This document shows, piece after piece, positions 31,212 through 40,921 of a stretch of 64,000 nt of DNA (the first letter of the stretch is position 1; the number at the start of each line of letters is the position of its first letter). The DNA comes from a virus. Taxonomy: Duplodnaviria; Caudoviricetes. Location of the stretch: IMG/VR virus record IMGVR_UViG_2595698649_000001, positions 32,001 through 96,000 of that record. The stretch is one strand, 5' to 3'. Under the pieces are notes generated by a model. That model was not told where the DNA came from and made no database searches. It saw nothing but the letters and a program-made list of their open reading frames with translations. A program made the position numbers and the translations under genes.

Positions 31212-31779
31212 TGAAGAACGATTATGGGAAACTCCACTCTTTAATACTAACATTGGTGTTGACAAAGAAATATTAGATTATCTTATAAACAATAAAGATA
31301 AGATACAAGACACTAATGAAGACCCTAACGGTGCATGGGTTAGTAAAACAGACTTAGATTTTCCTCCTTTAAAAGAAACAATCAAAAGTTTTTGTCGTAG
31401 TCTATTTGCCTTAAATGTAACTGAAATTACTTTTACAAATATGTGGGCAAACATGTTAAAAAAAGGTGAGTATCATTTATTACATAGTCACAATGAGCAT
31501 ACAATGTCAGGTGCATATTACTTACAAACACCTGTAAACTCAGGACAAATATATTTCAAAGACCCAAGACCACAAACTAATTCGTGGACACAAAAATTTA
31601 TAGATAAAGGTAACATGAGATTTTATACACCTAAACCAGGTGACTTATTCATGTGGCCGAGTTTCTTAGAACATGGTACTACACCACATGGTGCAGATGA
31701 AGAAAGAATAATGTTAAGTTTTGATTTAAGATTTAACGGACCAGGATACAAATATGGACACAATGGATACAACGGCTAA
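31198..31779 (+). CDS. Putative 2OG-Fe(II) oxygenase (TIGR02466-like)
   Basis: 'WAN...HLLHSH...SGAYY...F.DPR', 'WPSFLEH', 'ERIMLSF'. Confidence 0.85.
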   Translation: MIKINEERLWETPLFNTNIGVDKEILDYLINNKDKIQDTNEDPNGAWVSKTDLDFPPLKETIKSFCRSLFALNVTEITFTNMWANMLKKGEYHLLHSHNEHTMSGAYYLQTPVNSGQIYFKDPRPQTNSWTQKFIDKGNMRFYTPKPGDLFMWPSFLEHGTTPHGADEERIMLSFDLRFNGPGYKYGHNGYNG

Positions 31780-33157
31780 AAAAATATTAGTAATGGGTGG
31801 TGGTACTGCTGGTTGGTTAACGGCACTATATCTAACTAAAACTTTTCCTCAACATCATATTACATTAATGGAAAGTAAACCTATTGGTATCTTAGGTGCA
31901 GGTGAAGGTTCAACACCACATCTAGTAGCGTTTCTGAATATGTTAGGTGTAGATTTAAACGAATTACTTAAAGAATGTAAAGGTACAATTAAACAAGGTA
32001 TCTCATTTGAAAACTGGAATGGTGACGGTGAGAAATACTTTCATCCTTTTGCAGTACAAAATAAATATAAACATTTTAGTATAGACAATTTATTTGGTTA
32101 TGATAGTTATGATTATTATTTAAAACATTTAATTCACAGAAAAATGCCTTTGAAAGAGCATACTTATGCGTCTATACAATCATATAAGAATGTTGTTGAT
32201 ACAGATAATATAGATAACTCTATACACTTTGACGCACACCTTTTAGCAGATTATCTTAAAAAAATTACAAAAGTTGATAAACATATCTATGATGAAATTA
32301 AAACTACACAACAAGACGAACATGGTAATATAACTAAAATAAATAATGTAGAATGTGATTTAGTTTTTGATTGCACAGGTTTTCGTAGAGAGTTAATTGG
32401 TAAGTTATATAAGTCAGAATGGAAAAGTTATCAGGATTGTTTACCAATTAAGAGAGCAATACCTTTCTTTTTACCACCTGAAGATAAACCTTACACACAA
32501 GCAATCGCAATGAAATATGGTTGGGTATGGAAGATACCTTTACAACATAGATGTGGTGCAGGTTATATATTTGATAGTGATTATATAACAGACGAAGAAG
32601 CATTTGCTGAAGCAAAAGAAATGTTTCCTGATATAGAATATACAAGAACAATAAAGTTTGACGCAGGTAGATTTAAACAAACATGGATAAAAAATTGTAT
32701 TGCAGTAGGTTTATCTTCTGGTTTTACAGAACCACTTGAAGCAACATCTATTTGGATGGCAACTGAACAATTAAAATTACTTGAAACATTTATTGACATT
32801 ATGTTTACAAATGATGAAGATACTAAACAAGATTATAACGAAGTTATTGCAAATAATAATGATATGGTTATGGAGTTTTTACACTATCACTATATGACTA
32901 AAAGAGACGATAGTCCTTTTTGGAAAGAGTTTAGAAATAAAAACAATTTACCTGACTTTAATGTTAAGTTATCTAAAATACAAAAAGGTAATTTAAGATG
33001 GTATCATACAACAGGTGAAAAGATTACATCAACATTTAATCTTATGTCATGGTTGCATGTAGGCGAAGGTCTAGGTCTTATCAAAGATATAAGTATTAAA
33101 GGGTATGAAAATTTAAACCCAACAGTAGAAGAATATGGCAGACACTTACCTAGGTAA
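31754..33157 (+). CDS. Flavin-dependent (tryptophan-type) halogenase
   Basis: 'GGGTAGW', 'GAGEGS', Lys in 'GTIKQGISF', 'WVWKIPL' (WxWxIP), 'GFTEPLEATS'. Confidence 0.88.
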   Translation: MDTMDTTAKKILVMGGGTAGWLTALYLTKTFPQHHITLMESKPIGILGAGEGSTPHLVAFLNMLGVDLNELLKECKGTIKQGISFENWNGDGEKYFHPFAVQNKYKHFSIDNLFGYDSYDYYLKHLIHRKMPLKEHTYASIQSYKNVVDTDNIDNSIHFDAHLLADYLKKITKVDKHIYDEIKTTQQDEHGNITKINNVECDLVFDCTGFRRELIGKLYKSEWKSYQDCLPIKRAIPFFLPPEDKPYTQAIAMKYGWVWKIPLQHRCGAGYIFDSDYITDEEAFAEAKEMFPDIEYTRTIKFDAGRFKQTWIKNCIAVGLSSGFTEPLEATSIWMATEQLKLLETFIDIMFTNDEDTKQDYNEVIANNNDMVMEFLHYHYMTKRDDSPFWKEFRNKNNLPDFNVKLSKIQKGNLRWYHTTGEKITSTFNLMSWLHVGEGLGLIKDISIKGYENLNPTVEEYGRHLPR

Positions 33158-34772
33158 TCCTAATTTAAAAGCGGCTAATCAAAAGATACGCTTTACAAAA
33201 AAACAAGTAAGAGAGTTTCTTGCTTGTCAGGAGAATCCTGTTTACTTTATAGAAAACTACATTAAGATTGTTACACTAGACCACGGTCTACAACAATTCA
33301 AAATGTATAACTTTCAAAAAGAAATGGTAGATACTTTCCATGATAATCGTTTTAGTATTTGTAAACTACCAAGACAAACTGGTAAGTCAACAACAATTAT
33401 ATCTTATCTATTACATTATGCTATCTTTAACGCAAACACAAATATTGCCATACTTGCAAACAAAGCTGCGATTGCAAGAGACCTATTAGGTCGTTTACAA
33501 CTTGCATATGAGAATTTACCTAAGTGGTTACAACAAGGTGTTATAAACTGGAACAAAGGTAGTTTAGAATTAGAAAATGGTAGTAGAATACTTGCAGCTG
33601 CTACATCATCAAGTGCCGTACGGGGTGGTTCTTATAATGTAATATTCTTAGATGAGTTTGCTTATGTACCAAATAACATTGCAGAGCAATTTTTTAGTTC
33701 AGTTTATCCTACAATATCTTCTGGTAAAAGTTCTAAAGTAATGATTGTATCTACACCACATGGTATGAATATGTTTTACAAAATGTGGAATGACGCAACA
33801 CACAAACGAAATAGTTATGTACCTATTGAAGTGCATTGGTCAGAGGTACCAGGTAGAGACGAGAAGTGGAAAGATGAAACAATAAAGAACACAAGTGAAC
33901 AACAGTTTAGAACGGAGTTTGAATGTGAGTTCTTAGGTAGTGTAGATACATTAATTAATAGTTCTAAGTTAAGAGTGTTATCACATAACCCACCAATTCA
34001 ATCTAATGCAGGTTTAGATATACACGAAATGCCACAAAAAGGTAGAAGATATGTTGTTACAGTTGATGTTGCAAGAGGCACAGTCAATGACTATTCTGCT
34101 TTTATAGTTACAGACGCAAGTCAAATACCTTACAAAGTAGTTGCAAAGTATAAGAACAATGAAATTAAACCTTTACTCTTTCCTCAAGTAATTCATAAGA
34201 TTGCAAAGTCATATAACAATGCAGAAATATTAGTTGAAGTAAATGATATTGGTGGTCAAGTTGCAGACACTTTACAGTTTGATTTAGAATACGACAATCT
34301 GATTATGGTTAATCAAAGAGGTCGTTCAGGTCAAATTGCAGGTACAGGATTTAGTGGTAAGAAATCACAACTAGGATTGCGTACAACTAAGGCGACAAAG
34401 AAAATAGGTTGTTCAAATTTAAAAGCAATGATAGAATTAGATAAGTACATAATCCAAGATTTTGATATAATCTCAGAATTATCAACTTATGTATTAAAAG
34501 GTAAAGAAAAATACGAAGCAGAGGAAGGTAGTTCAGACGACTTAGTAACTTGCCTTGTTATGTTTGCCTGGTTGTCAAACCAAATGTATTTTAAAGAGTT
34601 AACAGACCAAGATATACGAGCAAGACTTGTAGATGAACAACAAAATCAAATGGACCAAGACATGGCGCCATTTGGATTTGTAGATGACGGAATAGAAAGT
34701 CCTGAGGGAGAAACATATAAGGACCCATATGGGACTAGTTGGAGTCCTGTCAAATACAAGAGAGGTTGGTAA
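33135..34772 (+). CDS. gp17: Terminase large subunit gp17
   Basis: 'YLGNPNLK', Walker A 'PRQTGKST', 'IFLDEFA', 'STPHG.N.FY', RNase H-like 'VDVARG...DYSAF', 'DDLV'. Confidence 0.97.
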   Translation: MADTYLGNPNLKAANQKIRFTKKQVREFLACQENPVYFIENYIKIVTLDHGLQQFKMYNFQKEMVDTFHDNRFSICKLPRQTGKSTTIISYLLHYAIFNANTNIAILANKAAIARDLLGRLQLAYENLPKWLQQGVINWNKGSLELENGSRILAAATSSSAVRGGSYNVIFLDEFAYVPNNIAEQFFSSVYPTISSGKSSKVMIVSTPHGMNMFYKMWNDATHKRNSYVPIEVHWSEVPGRDEKWKDETIKNTSEQQFRTEFECEFLGSVDTLINSSKLRVLSHNPPIQSNAGLDIHEMPQKGRRYVVTVDVARGTVNDYSAFIVTDASQIPYKVVAKYKNNEIKPLLFPQVIHKIAKSYNNAEILVEVNDIGGQVADTLQFDLEYDNLIMVNQRGRSGQIAGTGFSGKKSQLGLRTTKATKKIGCSNLKAMIELDKYIIQDFDIISELSTYVLKGKEKYEAEEGSSDDLVTCLVMFAWLSNQMYFKELTDQDIRARLVDEQQNQMDQDMAPFGFVDDGIESPEGETYKDPYGTSWSPVKYKRGW

Positions 34773-34783
34773 ATCTTGCGTAT

Positions 34784-34791
34784 TATAAATA
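34784..34791 (+). promoter_or_regulatory. Late promoter TATAAATA
   Basis: Exact motif upstream of gp18. Confidence 0.75.
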
Positions 34792-34852
34792 GAAGTGAGA
34801 TTAACAATAATCTCAAATTAATATATTAATTTAATTAAGAGGAGAAAACAAG

Positions 34853-36838
34853 ATGGCTTTTTTAGTTTCACCTGGTGTTCTCGTAACAGAAAAAGACCTT
34901 ACTAACGTAGTACCAGCTGTATCATCATCTATTGGTGGTTTAGTTGTAGTTAGTGAGAAAGGTCCAATGGATGAGATTACTTTAATCTCAAGCGAAGATG
35001 AGTATGTTAGCACGTTTGGTAAACCAGACGCTAACACTTTTGAATATTTTTTTACGGCAGCCAACTTTTTACAATACGGAAATGCCTTAAGGGTAGTAAG
35101 AGCAGTCACTGGTAATCTGAACGCAGGTTCAAGTTCAGGTTTACAAGTTAAAAATACGACTGACTACTTAGACAATTATAGCGACGGTTCTGGTTCAGTA
35201 GGCTCATGGCTTGCAAGAGAAGCAGGAACTCAAGGTAACAACTTAAAAGTATCTATGTGTACGAATAGCAATGCATATGCAAGTGCTGGTGGTGCTTCTA
35301 ACTTAGTAAATGACGCTTCAGCGGCAATTGGTGATACTACTATCACAATTGATGACGCTGGTGGAGATAAAATCCAAGCAGGCGACATTATTGAGTTTGG
35401 AGATATCTCTGGTAACTTCAATGCAGCTCCTTCAGGACAATACTACAAAGTAACAAGTGTTGATGGTGCAGTTCTAACCATTGCAAGATTTAATCCTGCA
35501 ACTGGTTCAACTGAAACTGGCGGATTAAGACACGCTGTTACTGATAACGCATACTTTAGAAGATTTTGGGAATACTATTTCAATTTCTCAGCTGCACCAA
35601 CATCAACAGATGATGTTGTAAACGCAGGTGGTTCTAATGATGAGTTACATATTGTAGTTGTTGACGAAGATGGCGGTATTTCAGGCACAGCAGGTACTAT
35701 ATTAGAAACACACGAAGGATTATCACAAGCTTCAGACGCTAAAGACGCTCAAGGTGATTCCAATTATTATGTTGACGCTCTATACAATAGAAGTCAATAT
35801 ATTTACTGGATGGACCACGACACAACTTTAGCAAATGCAGGTAGTTCAAAAGTAGGTCAATCATTTGATAATACTGGTGCTCAAACTATTTCAGTTTTCA
35901 GTTCTAGTCTTACAGGTGGTACAGACGATAACGCACCAACAAACGCTGAATTAGCATTAGGTTACGATAAATTTGCTGATGCTGCTTCTGTTGATGTTAA
36001 CTTACTTATGACTGGTCCTTCACAAACAGGTGCTGACGCAACTGGAGATACCAAAGCAACTAAAGTTATTGACATAGTTGAAGCAAGAAAAGATTGTGTA
36101 GCATTTATTTCACCTGCTAGAGCAGATGTTGTAAACGTAAGCGATCCTATTGCACAAACTGTTAATGTTAAAGCTTTTGCAGACGGTCTTGCTTCAAGTT
36201 CATATGCAGTTATTGATAGTGGATACAAATACATGTACGACAAATACAACGGCGTATATAGATATGTTCCATTAAACGGTGACATTGCTGGACTTTGTGC
36301 TAGAACAGACGCAGTTGCTGACAGTTGGTTCTCACCGGCTGGGTTTACAAGAGGTCAGATTAGAGGTGCAGTTAAACTTGCCTTTGATCCTAACCAAGCG
36401 CAAAGAGACGACTTATACAAAGCAAGAGTAAATCCTGTGGTAACATTCCCAGGACAAGGTACTGTATTGTTTGGTGATAAGACAGCTCAAGCGAAACCTA
36501 GTGCTTTTGACAGAATAAATGTTAGAAGATTGTTCATAACTATGGAAAAGGCAATATCAACTGCTGCTAAATTCCAACTCTTTGAGTTCAATGATGAATT
36601 TACAAGAGCGAATTTCAGAAACTTGATAGAACCGTTCCTTAGAGACGTACAAGGTAGACGTGGTATCACAGACTTTAAAGTAGTGTGTGATGAAACAAAC
36701 AATGTAAGTGCAGTTATAGATAGAAACGAATTTGTTGCAGACATATTTGTCAAACCAAATCGTTCTATTAACTTCATTAAACTTAACTTCGTTGCTACAA
36801 GAACAGGCGTTGCCTTTTCTGAAGTAGCAGGCGCATAA
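34853..36838 (+). CDS. gp18: Tail sheath protein gp18
   Basis: 'SPGVLVTEKDLT', 'WFSPAGFTRG', 'AFDRINVRRLF', 'FEFND..TR..F'. Confidence 0.97.
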   Translation: MAFLVSPGVLVTEKDLTNVVPAVSSSIGGLVVVSEKGPMDEITLISSEDEYVSTFGKPDANTFEYFFTAANFLQYGNALRVVRAVTGNLNAGSSSGLQVKNTTDYLDNYSDGSGSVGSWLAREAGTQGNNLKVSMCTNSNAYASAGGASNLVNDASAAIGDTTITIDDAGGDKIQAGDIIEFGDISGNFNAAPSGQYYKVTSVDGAVLTIARFNPATGSTETGGLRHAVTDNAYFRRFWEYYFNFSAAPTSTDDVVNAGGSNDELHIVVVDEDGGISGTAGTILETHEGLSQASDAKDAQGDSNYYVDALYNRSQYIYWMDHDTTLANAGSSKVGQSFDNTGAQTISVFSSSLTGGTDDNAPTNAELALGYDKFADAASVDVNLLMTGPSQTGADATGDTKATKVIDIVEARKDCVAFISPARADVVNVSDPIAQTVNVKAFADGLASSSYAVIDSGYKYMYDKYNGVYRYVPLNGDIAGLCARTDAVADSWFSPAGFTRGQIRGAVKLAFDPNQAQRDDLYKARVNPVVTFPGQGTVLFGDKTAQAKPSAFDRINVRRLFITMEKAISTAAKFQLFEFNDEFTRANFRNLIEPFLRDVQGRRGITDFKVVCDETNNVSAVIDRNEFVADIFVKPNRSINFIKLNFVATRTGVAFSEVAGA

Positions 36839-36855
36839 TAGAGAGGAAATAAAAA

Positions 36856-37383
36856 ATGGCAAACGTATCAGACTTTATCTCCAAACTAAAAGGCGGCGGA
36901 GCAAGACAAAATCAGTTTAAGGTTACAATGCCTTTCCCTGGTTTTGCTTCTGTGGGTGGCGAAACTGAGAACATGTCGTTCTTATGTTCAGCAACTCAGC
37001 TTCCAAGTTCTGAGTTAGGAGAATTAACTGTAAACTTTAGAGGTAGACCAATACATATGGCTGGTGATAGAACATTCCAAACTTGGAGTACAACTATTAT
37101 CAACGATACTTCTTTTGATATCAGAAATGCTATTGAAAGATGGTCAAATGGTATTAACAACCATAGTGACAACGAAGGTTTAAACAACCCTACTGACTAT
37201 CAAGTGGACGCATTTATTGACCACTTAGATAGAAATGGTAATACAATCAAATCGTACACATTTAGAGGATTATTTCCTTTAACAATAGGTACAGTTGATT
37301 TAAACTATGATCCAGTAAGTGCGTTAGAGACTTTTGAATGTACATGGAGATACCAATACTGGGAAAGTAACACTACAACGTAA
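36856..37383 (+). CDS. gp19: Tail tube protein gp19
   Basis: 'GGARQNQF', 'FRGR....AGDRTF..W..TIIND..F.IR'. Confidence 0.95.
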   Translation: MANVSDFISKLKGGGARQNQFKVTMPFPGFASVGGETENMSFLCSATQLPSSELGELTVNFRGRPIHMAGDRTFQTWSTTIINDTSFDIRNAIERWSNGINNHSDNEGLNNPTDYQVDAFIDHLDRNGNTIKSYTFRGLFPLTIGTVDLNYDPVSALETFECTWRYQYWESNTTT

Positions 37384-37391
37384 TGTTGTGA

Positions 37392-37422
37392 ATTTATAGC
37401 GGTCTCCGGGCCGCTATAAATA
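37392..37422 (+). promoter_or_regulatory. 13-bp hairpin (UCCG loop) whose 3' arm contains late promoter TATAAATA (37415-37422)
   Basis: ATTTATAGCGGTC-TCCG-GGCCGCTATAAAT between gp19 and gp20. Confidence 0.65.
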
Positions 37423-37452
37423 GAAATAAAAGATAATGAAAAGGAGAATGTA

Positions 37453-38976
37453 GTGGCAGAATTTTTTGGCTTTGAAATCAAAAGAGCAAGCACCAAGAAC
37501 ACTAGTCAATCGTTTACAGCGCCAACAGCAGATGATGGCGTTCAAACAATTATGGGTGGTGGACATTATGGTACTTACTTAGATATTGAAGGAAAAGTAA
37601 ACAACGAAGCAGATTTAATTAGAAGGTATAGAGAGGTTGCTATGCAACCTGAGTGTGACCAAGCGATTGAAGATGTTATCAATGAAGGTATAGTAATTGA
37701 TGACAATAGAGAAACAATCAGATTAAACATGCATACAGTACCTTTTGGTACATCAATCAAAAAAAAGATAGAAGAAGAATTTAATAATATTCTTTCGTTA
37801 TTGGAATTTGAGCAAAAAGGACATGACATATTTCGTAGATGGTATGTTGATGGCAGAATAGTATATCATAAGATAATAGACCCTAAAAATATAAAAGCAG
37901 GTATTACTGAATTAAGATATATTGATCCTAGAAAAATTAAGAAAGTTCGTAAACCTAAGAAGACTGAGGGCGCACAAACTTTTAGACCTAAAGACCAAAA
38001 CGCACCACCAGTTGTAGATTTTGAAGAATTTTATATTTACAATGAGAAAGGTGTACAACCGGGAGCAAGTTCAACACAAGGTTTAGCAATTAGTAAAGAT
38101 AGTATTGCTTTCTGTCCGTCAGGAATGATTGACCAACAAAGAAACATGATACTATCACATTTACATAAGGCGATTAAACCTGTCAATCAATTAAGAATGA
38201 TTGAAGATAGTATTGTTATATACAGAATATCCAGAGCGCCTGAAAGAAGAATATTTTACATTGATGTAGGTAACTTACCAAAAGCAAAAGCAGAGCAATA
38301 CCTAAAAGATGTAATGAACAGATATAGAAACAAACTTGTCTATGACGCAAGTACAGGTGAAATAAGAGACGATAGACAATACATGTCTATGTTAGAAGAC
38401 TTCTGGTTACCAAGACGAGAAGGTGGTAGAGGTACAGAAATTACTACACTACCAGGTGGTTCTAACTTAGGTGAAGTAGAAGATATCAAATACTTTCAAA
38501 AGAAACTTTACAAGTCATTAAATGTTCCTGTATCCAGATTAGAAGCTGAAGGTAGTTTCAATATGGGTAGAGCGACTGAGATTAATAGAGACGAATTAAA
38601 GTTTAGTAAATTTGTTGATAGACTAAGAACAAGATTTAATTCTTTATTCCATGATTTATTGAAAACACAATTAATACTAAAAGGTATTGTTACAATAGAA
38701 GATTGGGAAAACAGTTTAGCAAGAACAATCAGATACAACTATGTAAATGACGGTTACTATGCTGAAATAAAAGAAGCAGAAATGTTTAAAGAAAGAATGG
38801 AAATTTATCGTAACTTGAAAGATAGTGAAATGATAGGTAACATTTATTCTAAAGAGTGGGCAATGAAGAACATTTTGAAAATGACTGACATTGACATTGA
38901 TGAAGAACAAACAAAAATAGAAAAAGAAAAGGAGGCGGAAGCGCCACCAGAAGGAGAAGATGATGGACAATTCTAA
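37453..38976 (+). CDS. gp20: Portal vertex protein gp20
   Basis: 'FRRWYVDGR', 'IYRISRAPERRIFYIDVGNLPK.KAEQYL', 'EDFWLPRREGGRGTEITTLPGG'. Confidence 0.97.
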   Translation: MAEFFGFEIKRASTKNTSQSFTAPTADDGVQTIMGGGHYGTYLDIEGKVNNEADLIRRYREVAMQPECDQAIEDVINEGIVIDDNRETIRLNMHTVPFGTSIKKKIEEEFNNILSLLEFEQKGHDIFRRWYVDGRIVYHKIIDPKNIKAGITELRYIDPRKIKKVRKPKKTEGAQTFRPKDQNAPPVVDFEEFYIYNEKGVQPGASSTQGLAISKDSIAFCPSGMIDQQRNMILSHLHKAIKPVNQLRMIEDSIVIYRISRAPERRIFYIDVGNLPKAKAEQYLKDVMNRYRNKLVYDASTGEIRDDRQYMSMLEDFWLPRREGGRGTEITTLPGGSNLGEVEDIKYFQKKLYKSLNVPVSRLEAEGSFNMGRATEINRDELKFSKFVDRLRTRFNSLFHDLLKTQLILKGIVTIEDWENSLARTIRYNYVNDGYYAEIKEAEMFKERMEIYRNLKDSEMIGNIYSKEWAMKNILKMTDIDIDEEQTKIEKEKEAEAPPEGEDDGQF

Positions 38977-39169
38977 CCCAACAAGAGATATGATTGACGC
39001 TTTGGAAAAAGGCGATAAGTTAAGTGCTGAGAAAGCATTTAAGTCTGCTTTATCAGATAAAGTAGGAACTGAATTAGATGACAAGCGTAAAGACGTTGCG
39101 TCAACAATCATGGCAAAGGAACCAGAAACGAATGATAACGCTGAGCAATCTACGGAAATTGACGACTGA
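38960..39169 (+). CDS. Small acidic prohead core protein (gp67-like)
   Basis: Small acidic ORF immediately after the portal gene. Confidence 0.55.
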   Translation: MMDNSNPTRDMIDALEKGDKLSAEKAFKSALSDKVGTELDDKRKDVASTIMAKEPETNDNAEQSTEIDD

Positions 39170-39380
39170 AAAAACAGACCATAGAAGGTCACCAGTCTAT
39201 AAAAAACTAGCGCCAAAAGCAAAAGAGGCGGTAGATGATGTATATGCTCAGATGGAAAAAACACCTGGTAAAGTGTTAATGAATTTTAGTAAAGTTATGA
39301 AAGATGTTACTAAAAAATACAAAGTACAACAAAAAGATATTGTTGCTTATTTCAAAAAAGAAACAGGCATAACCATATAA
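39132..39380 (+). CDS. Small basic hypothetical protein (head region)
   Basis: ORF overlapping the previous gene; the ATG at 39132 has an AAGGA upstream. Confidence 0.55.
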   Translation: MITLSNLRKLTTEKTDHRRSPVYKKLAPKAKEAVDDVYAQMEKTPGKVLMNFSKVMKDVTKKYKVQQKDIVAYFKKETGITI

Positions 39381-39392
39381 AGGAGAGTAAAA

Positions 39393-39797
39393 ATGGCAAT
39401 AGTAAACGCAAGAAATTTAGTAGATAGTGAAACGAGAACAGTAAGAATGTTTGAGATTAACAATGCTACTAACTCAAATGTAGTATGTGTGGACGCAAGT
39501 GCATTAAGAGGTCACTCGTCTAACCCAACACTACACATAAGAAGTATTAAATGGAATACAACGGCAGCAACAAGTGATATATCATTATTATTTGACGCAA
39601 GTTCAAACGACCATGCTATATCAATACATGGTAGTGGCGAGTATGGGTTTCATGGTAAACAACCATTGATAACAAATCCAGAAAGTTCAGGCGTAACAGG
39701 TGATATTTTAATTACCAACGCTAGTGCTGCTACTGGTACAATAATAATTGAAGTAACCAAAGCAAAAGGTTATACTGCCTCAGGACAGACTAGATAA
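39393..39797 (+). CDS. Hypothetical virion protein, paralogue A
   Basis: Strong SD (AAGGAG). Shares 'TGDIL...IIxEV' C-terminus with the next gene. Confidence 0.65.
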   Translation: MAIVNARNLVDSETRTVRMFEINNATNSNVVCVDASALRGHSSNPTLHIRSIKWNTTAATSDISLLFDASSNDHAISIHGSGEYGFHGKQPLITNPESSGVTGDILITNASAATGTIIIEVTKAKGYTASGQTR

Positions 39798-40183
39798 TGG
39801 CTGATACAGTATCAACACAAACTATAACAGACGTTGCAGGTTCTAAAACTGTAATGAAGTTTACGAACAAATCTGATGGTACAGGAGAGAGTTTAGTAGA
39901 GAAGATGACAAGTGCAAACTTAAATCACTTATCAACTTCTACTAAAATTGCTAGAGTGATTTATAGTGTAAACACTACGGACCCAAAAGGGTCCGTAGAA
40001 ATCCTATTTGAAGGAACTACTAACGCAACGGCGCTGTTTTTATCTGGTCAAGGCACGATAGACTTACAGACGCCGGCAATACAAATAGCTAACAATGCAG
40101 GGACACCTACAGGTGATATTCTGTTTTCTACGCATAATTTTGTGAATGGAGACAGTTATTCTATCATTTTAGAGGTGCGATAA
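39797..40183 (+). CDS. Hypothetical virion protein, paralogue B
   Basis: 'MADTVSTQTI.D....VMKFTN.SDGTGES', 'TGDILFST...YSIILEV'. Confidence 0.65.
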   Translation: MADTVSTQTITDVAGSKTVMKFTNKSDGTGESLVEKMTSANLNHLSTSTKIARVIYSVNTTDPKGSVEILFEGTTNATALFLSGQGTIDLQTPAIQIANNAGTPTGDILFSTHNFVNGDSYSIILEVR

Positions 40184-40210
40184 CATAAATAGGACTAAAG
40201 GAATAAACAT

Positions 40211-40867
40211 ATGAAACTAATTACAGAGGAACTTACTGACGTTCAGTTGATTGCAGAAGCAGACGAAAACGGCAAAAAGTCACACAAAATCAAGGGGATA
40301 TTCATGCAGGCGAATATTAAGAACCGTAATGGTCGTGTTTATCCACAAGAAGTTTTAGAAAACGAAGTAAACAGATATAGAAAAGAATTTATCAATAAAA
40401 AGAGAGCATTTGGTGAGTTAGGACATCCTGACGGACCAACTGTAAACTTAGAGAGAGTATCACACATAATTACATCATTAGAAGGCGACGGCAAAGGCAA
40501 CTATGTTGGCGAAGCAAAAGTGACTGATACACCTTATGGTAAGATTGTGAAGTCTTTGATAGACGAAGGCGCACAACTAGGAGTTTCGTCAAGGGGCATG
40601 GGTTCCTTGGAGAATAAAGGCGGTACTAACTATGTAAAATCAGACTTTTACTTAGCGACTGCTGCTGACATTGTTGCAGATCCATCTGCTCCAAGTGCAT
40701 TTGTACAAGGTGTTATGGAAGGCAAAGAGTGGGTATGGGACAATGGTATCGTTAAAGAAAAAGATATTTCTGAAATACAACAAGAAATTGAAGCTGCTCG
40801 AAGACATGAGTTAGCTGAAAAACAAACCGCTGCTTTTGAAAAATTTATGCGAAAAGTCGCAAAATAA
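40211..40867 (+). CDS. gp21: Prohead protease gp21
   Basis: 'MKLITE', 'NRNGRVYP', 'GELGHP.GP..NLERVSH', 'GVSSRGMGS', 'DIVADPSAP.AFV'. Confidence 0.96.
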   Translation: MKLITEELTDVQLIAEADENGKKSHKIKGIFMQANIKNRNGRVYPQEVLENEVNRYRKEFINKKRAFGELGHPDGPTVNLERVSHIITSLEGDGKGNYVGEAKVTDTPYGKIVKSLIDEGAQLGVSSRGMGSLENKGGTNYVKSDFYLATAADIVADPSAPSAFVQGVMEGKEWVWDNGIVKEKDISEIQQEIEAARRHELAEKQTAAFEKFMRKVAK

Positions 40868-40921
40868 TAAATAGTAGTACGCAAATTAATTAATTAATTT
40901 TGACTTATAGGAGAGTTAAAA

